Assembly (NCBI GenBank): GCA_050304475.1
Contig: JBNLDQ010000026.1
Span: 376 to 64,375, forward strand
Source of the DNA: Turneriellaceae bacterium
GTDB lineage: Bacteria; Spirochaetota; Leptospiria; Turneriellales; JAOUFE01
DNA length: 64,000 bases
Reading direction: 5' to 3'
Below, piece by piece: positions 1-7,825 of this stretch. Made by a program: the position numbers and the translations under genes. Below the pieces are notes generated by a model that saw nothing but the letters and a program-made list of their open reading frames with translations, was not told the DNA's origin and ran no database searches. Every line of letters begins with the position of its first letter. The first letter of the stretch is position 1.

Positions 1-416
1 ATTTTTGGCGCTTCAGTTCTATTTGTCCCTTGCGCCGGATAATCAATCAACATTTCAGAGAAAGTTAAAAGCATATTCTTGTGTTCAGGGTTCAATTTGC
101 TAAAATTGGCGATTAATTTCATCGAATTTTTATCTAAGTGATTTTCATTTATGGTATCTGAAAACATAGAGCCGCGCCCCGTGTTCAGCCATTCGATATT
201 TAAAGAGTAATGTTTTTCAAGCGCCAGTTCAAGATACTTTGTAATGCCGCTCTGGCCTCTTAAAATTCTGCTGAATTGAGGTTGGGTTAAATTTAACTTG
301 AATGCAAATGTTTTTTGTCTGTAACCTAAACTTCTGAAATGCACATAAAACTTAAGAAGCCTTTCAAGTTTTTTATTTTTATCGGGCTTGGGCGATGTTT
401 TCGACTTTCTACTCAT
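1..416 (-). CDS. CI-repressor-like HTH regulator, partial (3' end lies beyond the window; absent from the ORF track)
   Basis: Manual translation of the minus strand from the ATG at 416 gives MSRKSKTSPKPDKNKKLERLLKFYVHFRSLGYRQKTFAFKLNLTQPQFSRILRGQSGITKYLELALEKHYSLNIEWLNTGRGS... It has an HTH plus a W-L-x-T-G-x-G signature shared with 6748..7107 and 7129..7522. The frame stays open to position 1. Confidence 0.6.
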   Translation of the reverse strand, partial: MSRKSKTSPKPDKNKKLERLLKFYVHFRSLGYRQKTFAFKLNLTQPQFSRILRGQSGITKYLELALEKHYSLNIEWLNTGRGSMFSDTINENHLDKNSMKLIANFSKLNPEHKNMLLTFSEMLIDYPAQGTNRTEAPK

Positions 417-1479
417 AAAATATCAGATTATCGACGCAAACCGCAAATACTGCGACTACTCGGGGTACAGGTGGGATCAACTCATTCGCCTGAACTATCT
501 TGATCTCTTGTTCAACCGGAATTTTAAAGTAGAAGACTTAAAGAAAAAAAGAAACAAAATCAACTACAAAATCTTTGAAACCCCGCACAAAACAATAGAC
601 GGCAAACTCATGCCCGTCAGAGCGGGCGTCGTCTACTCTAAAAATATAATCTATATATTTATTGACAACATCACCACCGAAGTTGAACTCATGAACAAAG
701 TTCAACAATGGAGGGTACAAATGGAAAAATTATTAGCAGGATTAACAAATAATGAAGATGTTGGTATTCTAATCTATAAAAATGTCGCAGGTTTTTGTTT
801 CGCAAATGATTTTATATGTGAAACTTTAGGATACAATAAAGATGAACTATTAGAATTAGGGTATTTTTATGATGTTTTGCATAAAGATGATTTTAACAAG
901 GTTTTTACGCAATTTAATGAGCTATTGGAAGGTAAAAGACAAAAAATAAAATCACAGGCAAGATTCATACGTAAAAATGGTACTATAATTTCGGCTGATT
1001 TTTTAGCAACTAATTATACGGATTCTAACGGAGACCCTTTGACAGTAATGGAGGTTGAGAATATAGTTGATACAACAGAAGTTATGGAGGATACAAACAC
1101 TAGCAACTTTGAAAAAATTTTGTCGCTTATAGATGAACGAGATTATAAAGGGGTTTTAATTAAAGAAATTGGTGGTGGCCTTTACGGAAATCAGTTGGGT
1201 TGCAAAGCCCTGGGATATAATTTAAATGAAATAATGCAATTGAAAGGGCCTGAAATTGCACATAAAGAAAGTTTTGGTGTTGCATTAAAATCCATGATTA
1301 AACTTGTAGCAAGCTTAAAATCCTCATTAAATTTTGACTGTAAATTTCAAGGTAAAAATGGAATTAATATAATTTCAAATATAACATTAAAGACAAAAAA
1401 AGAATCTGGCACTCGTTTTGTTATTTTAATTATGAACGATATTACCAGAAGTAAAATATTGGATAACGAGGTAGCTTAA
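388..1479 (+). CDS. PAS-domain-only protein (about three PAS folds, no output domain)
   Basis: ORF track. It contains repeated PAS-like segments (FICETLGYNKDELLELGYFYDVLHKDDF...ARFIRKNGTIISADFLATNY...VENIVDTTE). The TTG start at 388 overlaps the divergent HTH gene by 29 nt. An alternative ATG at 721 (GGAGGgtacaaATG) has the same start context as the downstream paralog, so the true start is uncertain. Confidence 0.65.
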   Translation: MGDVFDFLLIKYQIIDANRKYCDYSGYRWDQLIRLNYLDLLFNRNFKVEDLKKKRNKINYKIFETPHKTIDGKLMPVRAGVVYSKNIIYIFIDNITTEVELMNKVQQWRVQMEKLLAGLTNNEDVGILIYKNVAGFCFANDFICETLGYNKDELLELGYFYDVLHKDDFNKVFTQFNELLEGKRQKIKSQARFIRKNGTIISADFLATNYTDSNGDPLTVMEVENIVDTTEVMEDTNTSNFEKILSLIDERDYKGVLIKEIGGGLYGNQLGCKALGYNLNEIMQLKGPEIAHKESFGVALKSMIKLVASLKSSLNFDCKFQGKNGINIISNITLKTKKESGTRFVILIMNDITRSKILDNEVA

Positions 1480-1560
1480 CAAAATTTTGAGAATACTACG
1501 TTAGCGTAATTTGTTTACATAAAAGATCGATAATGGATAAGATATTTAGCCGGTCGAGCG

Positions 1561-1609
1561 AAAGGGGGCGCCAAAAACTGCATGATGTAAAATATCATGC
1601 CCCCTTTTT
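1561..1609 (+). terminator. Intrinsic terminator after the first PAS gene
   Basis: The GGGGGC arm (1564-1569) pairs with GCCCCC (1599-1604), and there is an inner CATGAT/ATCATG stem. A T5 run follows at 1605-1609. The conserved box GCCGGTCGAGCG lies immediately upstream. Confidence 0.6.
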
Positions 1610-1627
1610 AATAGGAATGAGGTACAA

Positions 1628-2368
1628 ATGAATAAAATATTAGCGGGGTTAGCAAACAAAGAAGGAGTGGGTATTTTAATTGCAAAAAGTTCTTTTGGCC
1701 TTGTTTATGCCAACGATTTTATTTGCGAAACTTTTGGTTATACTAAGGATGAACTTTTACAATTAGATATAACCTACATAATGGATTGGAAATCTCAAGA
1801 GGATAAAATAGATAAATATTTTGCCGTATTAAATGGTGATACACATAAAACAAAAATGTCGATACGATTTGTACGAAATAATAAGAGTATCTTTATAGCT
1901 GAAACGAATATTACAAATCATGGTGACAATACAGTTATCGAATTAGAAAATATTACCGATACTGGAGAAACATTTAGTGCTATTGATAATAGTGCATTGA
2001 TGAAAACAGCCGAGAAATATGATACAAATGAAGCTGGTATATTGATTATTTCTACAAAAGAAGGGGTTTCTTATGCTAACAAAGTAGCCTATGAAGCGTT
2101 TGGCTATAGTAAAAATGAAATTCTTAATTTAAACCAGCCTAACCAGTTTACGCATTCTAATGATCTCTCTAAACTAACCCGAAAAGCAATTACAGTTTAT
2201 ACCGGACTTTCATCGAAAGCGGAATTTCCTGTTCGTTTTTTAAAAAAAGACGGGGGTGTTTTTTCGGCAGATCTGGCATTAAGCAAACATAAAGAAGACG
2301 GTATCAAATTTCTAATCATGCAATTTGACAACATTGAACACCTGGGCGACGCGGCGGCGGCAAGTTAA
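1628..2368 (+). CDS. PAS-domain-only protein (two PAS folds), paralog of 388..1479
   Basis: ORF track. MNKILAGLANKEGVGILIAKSSFGLVYANDFICETFGYTKDELLQL parallels MEKLLAGLTNNEDVGILIYKNVAGFCFANDFICETLGYNKDELLEL in the upstream gene. An SD-like GAGG sits 6 nt before the ATG. Confidence 0.75.
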   Translation: MNKILAGLANKEGVGILIAKSSFGLVYANDFICETFGYTKDELLQLDITYIMDWKSQEDKIDKYFAVLNGDTHKTKMSIRFVRNNKSIFIAETNITNHGDNTVIELENITDTGETFSAIDNSALMKTAEKYDTNEAGILIISTKEGVSYANKVAYEAFGYSKNEILNLNQPNQFTHSNDLSKLTRKAITVYTGLSSKAEFPVRFLKKDGGVFSADLALSKHKEDGIKFLIMQFDNIEHLGDAAAAS

Positions 2369-2408
2369 TTGTAATTACTCTTTGCGAGCCAGGAGGGCGA
2401 GCCAAAAC

Positions 2409-2498
2409 CCTGGCGCCACCGCCCATGGAGGGGCGGCGCTTCGCCAGGCGGCTTTTCTTTTGGTTACTTTTCTTTTGCCGCCCCAAAAGAAAAGTAAC
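2409..2498. terminator. Two consecutive hairpins between convergent genes (probable bidirectional terminators)
   Basis: The first is a nested GC-rich hairpin, CCTGGCG...CGCCAGG (2409-2448), followed by CTTTTCTTTT. The second is a perfect 14-bp stem, GTTACTTTTCTTTT / AAAAGAAAAGTAAC (2463-2476 / 2485-2498). Both sit between the PAS gene stop (2368) and the minus-strand lipoprotein stop (2579). Confidence 0.55.
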
Positions 2499-2578
2499 GC
2501 TTGAATGCGGTCGAGCGAAAGGGGAATTAATCTGTCGTTGCGAACCATGCGGGTTGGCAAATCTTGCACACACCGCCA

Positions 2579-3004
2579 TTACCGGGTTGGTTTGACAAAG
2601 TACCCGCCCCCCTTCAAACCGGTAAAGTCATCGATAGAGCGTTTGTCGTTGACCGGTTTTACTTCAATATGATACTCGCCATCTTTATCAAGATAGATGA
2701 CATCGCCGGCTTTCTTGTGGTTAAAAGTTATACGATATTGGTCATTATTTTCGCAAAAAATACGAAGAGAATGCCAGTTACAATTTTCAGAATAAAAAGC
2801 AAGATCGACAAGCTGGCTTTGGCAAACGAGTTTCTTACTCTCATAAATGGTAATATATTTTATATTTGTATCATACAGCAAAGAATAACAAACATGCGGG
2901 AGAGGGGCGGTATTTTTTGTTGCCTGCGGTCTTTTTGCAGGTTTGCAGCTTACGCAAAAAAAGGCCAAGAGTAAAATAAATGTGATTTTACTATTAAACA
3001 ACAT
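2579..3004 (-). CDS. Small Cys-containing lipoprotein, tandem paralog 3 of 3
   Basis: ORF track, trimmed to the internal ATG at 3004. MLFNSKITFILLLAFFCVSCKP is a signal peptide with a lipobox-like VSC. The C-terminal 26 aa (KPVNDKRSIDDFTGLKGGGYFVKPTR) are identical to paralog 2. Confidence 0.7.
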   Translation of the reverse strand: MLFNSKITFILLLAFFCVSCKPAKRPQATKNTAPLPHVCYSLLYDTNIKYITIYESKKLVCQSQLVDLAFYSENCNWHSLRIFCENNDQYRITFNHKKAGDVIYLDKDGEYHIEVKPVNDKRSIDDFTGLKGGGYFVKPTR

Positions 3005-3026
3005 AAAACGTCTGTTCAAACTGCCA

Positions 3027-3458
3027 TTACCGGGTTGGTTTGACAAAGTACCCGCCCCCCTTCAAACCGGTAAAGTCATCGATAGAGCGTTTGTCGTTGA
3101 CCGGTTTTAATTCAACACGGCGTTCGCCATATTTTTCAAGAGTGATAACATCGCCTTCTTTCTTGTACTCAAAGTTTAAATCAAACTGGCCAATGTTTTC
3201 ACAAACAAAGACAAAGTAATGTTTGCTGCAATTCTCGGAATACAAAGACAAAGATACGCCTTTAATCTTGCTTTGACAAACCAATTTGTTATTTTCATAA
3301 ATGCTAATAACTTTTATATTTGTATCGTAGGGAAAAGCGGAACAAAAATACGGGAGAGGGGCGGTATTTTTTGTTGCCTGCGGTCTTTTTGCAGGTTTGC
3401 AGCTTACGCAAAAAAAGGCCAAGAGTAAAATAAATGTGATTTTACTATTTAACAACAT
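3027..3458 (-). CDS. Small Cys-containing lipoprotein, tandem paralog 2 of 3
   Basis: ORF track, trimmed to the ATG at 3458 (MLLNSKITFILLLAFFCVSCKP). It has four conserved Cys after the lipobox and the same C-terminal tail as its neighbours. Confidence 0.7.
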   Translation of the reverse strand: MLLNSKITFILLLAFFCVSCKPAKRPQATKNTAPLPYFCSAFPYDTNIKVISIYENNKLVCQSKIKGVSLSLYSENCSKHYFVFVCENIGQFDLNFEYKKEGDVITLEKYGERRVELKPVNDKRSIDDFTGLKGGGYFVKPTR

Positions 3459-3480
3459 AAAACGTCTGTTCAAACTGCCA

Positions 3481-3900
3481 TTACCGGGTTGGTTTGACAA
3501 AGTACCCGCCCCCCTTCAAACCGGTAAAGTCATCGACAGAGCGTTTGTCGTTGACCGGTTTTACTTCAACACGGCGTTCGCCATATTTTTCAAGAGTGAT
3601 AACATCGCCTTCTTTCTTGTGGTCGAAGGTTAAATCAAATTGACCCTTGTTTTCGCACACGATGCGAAGGAAATGGTGGCTGCAATTCTCGGAATACAAA
3701 GACAAAGATACGCCTTTAATCTTGCTTTGACAAACCAATTTGTTATTTTCATAAATGCTAATAACTTTTATATTTGTATCGTAGGGAAAGGCGGAACATT
3801 CAAGCGAGGGAGGTTGACCGATTTTTACCTCGCTCGGCCTTTGTGTCTGTTTGCAATTTACGAACATACACATTATAAATATAAAGCACAATTTATTCAT
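3481..3900 (-). CDS. Small Cys-containing lipoprotein, tandem paralog 1 of 3
   Basis: ORF track. The signal/lipobox is MNKLCFIFIMCMFVNCKQ. The core (SAFPYDTNIKVISIYENNKLVCQSKIKGVSLSLYSENC) is nearly identical to paralog 2. It starts 6 nt after the S8 protease stop. Confidence 0.7.
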   Translation of the reverse strand: MNKLCFIFIMCMFVNCKQTQRPSEVKIGQPPSLECSAFPYDTNIKVISIYENNKLVCQSKIKGVSLSLYSENCSHHFLRIVCENKGQFDLTFDHKKEGDVITLEKYGERRVEVKPVNDKRSVDDFTGLKGGGYFVKPTR

Positions 3901-3906
3901 GAGGGC

Positions 3907-6105
3907 CTAATTACAACCGCTGCCCCAATCGAAAAAGCCGGAATTCGGCGGTTGCGGGGGCGTCTGAGCCAAAGCCGAACCGATATTGATCATACCATGG
4001 CCGGTGCAAGCGTCTTTGCCGGGGCCGGTATAGCAATTCGATGCGGCGTTACCCCCGCCGACGCCAATATCGCGGGCCGAATCATAGATAATTTGACGCA
4101 CTTCGGCAGGGCGTAAGGTATCGTTTAAAGAAAGAATTAAACTGGCCAGGCCGGCGACCATGGGCGCCGCCATGGAAGTACCGATCGCATAATATTTGTT
4201 ATTGCCAATACCGGGATACGTTGTCAAAATATCTTCACCGGGCGCTGCAACATCAACTTTACCATAGTTAGAAAAAAGCGATGTACGCTGAGAATTTAAG
4301 GGTGATACATCATCAACAATCATAGAAGCCACTGAAATCACAGTAGACCAACCGGCGGGAAAAACCTGCACCGTTTCACAACCATTGATCACCCCGCCGG
4401 GGCAGGTCCAGTCGCCGATATGATCGTTGTTATATTCATCGCCGTTGCCGACCGAAGCGACGACAACCACTTTGTTTGATTCGGCTTTTTTTATTGCAGC
4501 GTAAAATTTTGGCATATTATTAAAGCAGTCGATATTTTGCCAGGGGTCGTACCAGCAATAGTGTATGCCCACATGGCTCATGCTCATATTAATGACATTG
4601 GCGCCGTCTTTAATCGCTTCTAAAATCGCGGTTGTATTATTTTCAACACTGGAACAAATGTTGTTGCCATTTTTACAAGATATTGAGCTGTCAGAATCTC
4701 TGCTTTGGTCATATTGCATGGTGCGGTAAGAATAGATGGGGCTTCGCCAATTGATACCGGCGATGCCATCGGTGCCGTTGTCGCCCGGCGCGGCAAGTAT
4801 GCCCGCTACCGCCGTGCCGTGCTCGCCAATATAACTGGCATTTGATTCGGTTACGGTGCAACTATACGGGTCAGGCGTATAGCAGCCGCAGGCGTCGCAA
4901 ATATTGTCGTCCTGGCACCATCCGTCATAGATGGCTTTTTGTTTTTTGATGCGATTCGATAAATCGTAATTACGCGTATCGACGCCGGTATCAATCAGCC
5001 CAATTTTAATATTTGTACTGCCGTGCGTTTTATCCCAACCGGCATAGGCATTGATCGCTTTCAGATATGGGCCTTGTGAGCCTTGACCGGCGTTGGGTTG
5101 CGCTACAATATCTTGCGGTAAAAAAGACGGGGTCACTATTGAATTCGGATAAACTTCTTCAACGGAATCAAGCCGGCTATATAAAAACATCGCCTTGATA
5201 ATATCGGTAGATGAATAAAAGTAAAAGTAATACTTTCTGCCAAATTCGGACTCTTTTAAAGATTGCATGAAGGCGGAATTGTCGTCTTCAAATATCGACA
5301 GGTAGGGGCGAATGCGTACGCACAAAAGCTCGTCGTTGAGTTGATTGATTTCAGGGATATTGGTTATGCGGGGCAGACCGTAATCATCTTTAGAAATTTC
5401 AAGTTTTTCTTTTGTAATAACAATCAAATAACCGGGTATAAATGGCGGCATCGATTCGAATTCTTGTATTTGAATAACCGGCCGCATTATATAACCGCTA
5501 CCGGGCGAGTAATGAATATTATCGGTGTTGAAATTTAATGTCATCGTATGAAAAAAACCTGAAATGATGGTAAATTCACCGTCAATTTTTAAGCCGCTCT
5601 GCGAAGAACTGGGTATCGTCAGCGGGTAGGTTTGTTGGTTGTCTGTGACAGTGTTGCCATTTGGGCTCAAGACCAATCTGATTTGTTTATATAACCCCGC
5701 CGGTAAGGGTGCATTGTGCAAAAATAATAGACCCATATCGTTTTGAAGTTCCAGCAGGTTAAATTTGCCAGTTTGATGCGAAACTTCAATAATATTGTCG
5801 TTGATGTCGACCAATGCAACTTTGACAACGTCGATCATGACCTCGGTAAACGATTGAGTTGAAATAACGCTGTTACCGCCTTTTGCGTTTAGAGCAAACC
5901 GGGCTTGCTCTTTGCCATTTACAGTGACCCTGTAATCGCCATTTATCACATTTTGGGCATAATCTACCCCGACAGTCTGCGCTTGTGAAAACACGATTCG
6001 TTTTCGCGGATAAAATAAAAGCAATATGGCAAGAACCAATAACGACAATTTGTAAAAACGCTTAAATGACATGAACATGTATAATAAATATGTATAATGT
6101 GTCAA
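3907..6105 (-). CDS. Secreted subtilisin-family (S8) serine protease with a DUF4382-like N-terminal domain and an I9-like propeptide
   Basis: The catalytic triad motifs are present: LIDTGVD (Asp), HGTAVAGI (His) and GTSMAAPMVAG (Ser). The N-terminal segment GKFNLLELQNDMGLLFLHNAPLPAGLYKQIRLVL...PSSSQSGLKIDGEF matches the DUF4382 pattern. The signal peptide is MSFKRFYKLSLLVLAILLLF, so the true start may be the internal ATG near 6072. Confidence 0.9.
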   Translation of the reverse strand: MTHYTYLLYMFMSFKRFYKLSLLVLAILLLFYPRKRIVFSQAQTVGVDYAQNVINGDYRVTVNGKEQARFALNAKGGNSVISTQSFTEVMIDVVKVALVDINDNIIEVSHQTGKFNLLELQNDMGLLFLHNAPLPAGLYKQIRLVLSPNGNTVTDNQQTYPLTIPSSSQSGLKIDGEFTIISGFFHTMTLNFNTDNIHYSPGSGYIMRPVIQIQEFESMPPFIPGYLIVITKEKLEISKDDYGLPRITNIPEINQLNDELLCVRIRPYLSIFEDDNSAFMQSLKESEFGRKYYFYFYSSTDIIKAMFLYSRLDSVEEVYPNSIVTPSFLPQDIVAQPNAGQGSQGPYLKAINAYAGWDKTHGSTNIKIGLIDTGVDTRNYDLSNRIKKQKAIYDGWCQDDNICDACGCYTPDPYSCTVTESNASYIGEHGTAVAGILAAPGDNGTDGIAGINWRSPIYSYRTMQYDQSRDSDSSISCKNGNNICSSVENNTTAILEAIKDGANVINMSMSHVGIHYCWYDPWQNIDCFNNMPKFYAAIKKAESNKVVVVASVGNGDEYNNDHIGDWTCPGGVINGCETVQVFPAGWSTVISVASMIVDDVSPLNSQRTSLFSNYGKVDVAAPGEDILTTYPGIGNNKYYAIGTSMAAPMVAGLASLILSLNDTLRPAEVRQIIYDSARDIGVGGGNAASNCYTGPGKDACTGHGMINIGSALAQTPPQPPNSGFFDWGSGCN

Positions 6106-6309
6106 ACGATATTATACTTAAATATAGAAATATTATAGTATTGTTGTTATGTACTTATTATTAATGAATATATTATTTCAAGTTTGTTCAAAGCCGGGGG
6201 TTAAGCGAGAACGGCTTGCCGGTCGAGCGAAAGGGGGCAGTGATAACTTATAGATGCAAGAAATCATGGCCCCCTTGTTTTATAAGTAAAGCCAGGCTTG
6301 GTTTATCAA

Positions 6310-6549
6310 TTATTTAGTCTGGACTTTCAACAATTGTCTGTTAATACCCCAAATGGCGTTTGTATCGATTTTAGGTATGCTTTTTATAAGCGCTTGTATG
6401 ACTTGCATGTCTTTTGAAGCACCTAGAATTGTGTTTCTAAAGCGCTGGTATTCTTTTGACCCTTTAAAACCCATGGCATTCGCCGCTTCTTTAATAAATC
6501 GGTATTTTAACTGTATCGCTGATTTCAGGTATTCTGTGTTGTTAATCAT
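6310..6549 (-). CDS. Small Cro/YdaS-like putative DNA-binding protein
   Basis: ORF track, trimmed to MINNTEYL. AAAGGAG lies 8 nt upstream of that ATG. It is divergent from the CI-like HTH gene across an AT-rich region full of palindromes. The function is inferred only from size and context. Confidence 0.4.
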   Translation of the reverse strand: MINNTEYLKSAIQLKYRFIKEAANAMGFKGSKEYQRFRNTILGASKDMQVIQALIKSIPKIDTNAIWGINRQLLKVQTK

Positions 6550-6747
6550 TTTCATATCTCCTTTGCCGGTAGTTGGTATAATCAATATGTAGAATTGAAA
6601 TAATTATTCAATAAATATTTATTCTATAATTCTATAAGAATATAAATAAGATACAGTGAGCGAAAGTTTTGATTAAATTATTTTGAAATACACAAGATCG
6701 ACAAGAATAGTATTAGTCAAAATGTATTATATAATAATTATACGTCA

Positions 6748-7107
6748 ATGGCCCCGCTAAATGGCAATATCTTGGAACGTTTAGATTGTTTAATTAGAGA
6801 AAGTGGAATGAACCAGAAAGAGTTTGCCCGGTTGGTTGGCATGAGTCCGTCAGCTATTACAGAATTGTTAAACGGCAGAGTTAAGAAAATATCGAATCCG
6901 TTTTTGCTTATATTATTTTTACAATTTGGCATTCGCAAGCAATGGCTTTTGACCGGCGAGGGTGCAATGTCTAACCCTGTCATTAAAACGAAAACAGGTT
7001 TTGAAGTAAATATTCTTGCATCTTATAGAAAACTATCGGCTACAAACCTACGTGCGTTTAAAGTAATATGCGATGCAATGAACGAAAAACAAAGGTTAAA
7101 ATTGTGA
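6748..7107 (+). CDS. CI-repressor-like HTH regulator
   Basis: It contains the HTH QKEFARLVGMSPSAITELLNGR and the WLLTGEG signature. It is a paralog of 1..416(-) and 7129..7522. Confidence 0.7.
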   Translation: MAPLNGNILERLDCLIRESGMNQKEFARLVGMSPSAITELLNGRVKKISNPFLLILFLQFGIRKQWLLTGEGAMSNPVIKTKTGFEVNILASYRKLSATNLRAFKVICDAMNEKQRLKL

Positions 7108-7128
7108 ATGAAAAGGAGATACAACGAA

Positions 7129-7522
7129 ATGATTATTAACAAACAAGTGCAAGAAAGGTTGCTAGAGGTTATTACAAGTTCCAATTTAAACAAAAGCCGT
7201 TTTGCAAATTCACTCGGTATTCAACCATCAGTTTTAAGCGATATATTTTCAGGTAAAGCAAAAACATTTAACTGATACATTTATCGCTATACTGGAATTA
7301 AAGCATGGGATTAATCCGGTTTGGCTTGAAACAGGTATTGGAGAAAAATATAAAAGTCAGATTGTGATATCTGATCAAGAAGAAATAGAAATTTTAAAAA
7401 TGGTCAGGTCTCTGAACAAAGATAACAAAATTCTTATCAAAATAATATTAAGCACTTTACTAAAAAGCCAACTTGAGCAAGAAAATACACTCACAAAAAG
7501 TATAGAAGAGGCAAGCGGTTAA
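7129..7522 (+). pseudogene. CI-like HTH regulator paralog interrupted by a +1 frameshift at an in-frame TGA (7273-7275)
   Basis: The ATG at 7129 is preceded by AAAGGAG. Frame 1 reads MIINKQVQERLLEVITSSNLNKSRFANSLGIQPSVLSDIFSGKAKTFN*. The +1 frame continues DTFIAILELKHGINPVWLETGIGEKY... to a TAA at 7520-7522. The joined sequence aligns without gaps to the 6748..7107 paralog if T7273 is skipped. Confidence 0.6.
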
Positions 7523-7604
7523 TCGTCATTACAAAAAATATGATATAAAAAATGAATAACTATATTTAGAATGATATTCAGTGCCTTAAAAAGGAATTGG
7601 CCCG

Positions 7605-7802
7605 ATGTTCCGGGAAAACACGGAGCACAAACGCCTGGATTTAAAATCATCCCGCCTGCTGAAAAATTACGAAATTTTAGATGAAGACTATCAAAAAATG
7701 CTGCTTATTTTATCCGATTCTCTGGTCAAATACCAAAAAACCGGGTATCTAAGCAAACCTGACTCGTTTTTAAATACGCTGGATTACGGCGCGAAATTGT
7801 AA
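7605..7802 (+). CDS. Small protein carrying only the C-terminal motif of the neighbouring HTH family
   Basis: LLKNYEILDEDYQKMLLILSDSL aligns with LIANFSKLNPEHKNMLLTFSEML, ILASYRKLSATNLRAFKVICDAM and ILKMVRSLNKDNKILIKIILSTL from the three HTH paralogs. Confidence 0.4.
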   Translation: MFRENTEHKRLDLKSSRLLKNYEILDEDYQKMLLILSDSLVKYQKTGYLSKPDSFLNTLDYGAKL

Positions 7803-7825
7803 AGATTGCCTGTTTAAATGAAAAT

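Larger units (their letters stand above)
2579..3900 (-). repeat. Tandem triplication with a period of about 450 bp (gene-sized units)
   Basis: The string CCATTACCGGGTTGGTTTGACAAAGTACCCGCCCCCCTTCAAACCGGTAAAGTCATCGA recurs at about 2576, 3024 and 3478. The unit ends are near-identical, and the middle of unit 3 has diverged. Confidence 0.85.

Noticed and set aside
2316-2974. Track ORFs 2316..2579(-), 2375..2569(-) and 2564..2974(+), which cover the GC-rich spacer and run antisense to the lipoprotein gene.
   Set aside because: The GC-rich segment is explained by two terminator hairpins between convergent genes. The plus-strand ORF is a shadow of the minus-strand lipoprotein gene.
3005-3046. The N-terminal extension MSNQPGNGSLNRRF on lipoprotein paralogs 2 and 3 in the ORF track (also 3459..3500).
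   Set aside because: The extension is the out-of-frame overlap with the preceding paralog's conserved 3' end. The internal ATG gives a normal signal peptide, and paralog 1 lacks any such extension.
2579-3900. A regular tandem repeat that might be mistaken for a CRISPR-like array.
   Set aside because: The period is about 450 bp and each unit is a complete lipoprotein gene. There are no short direct repeats with unique spacers.
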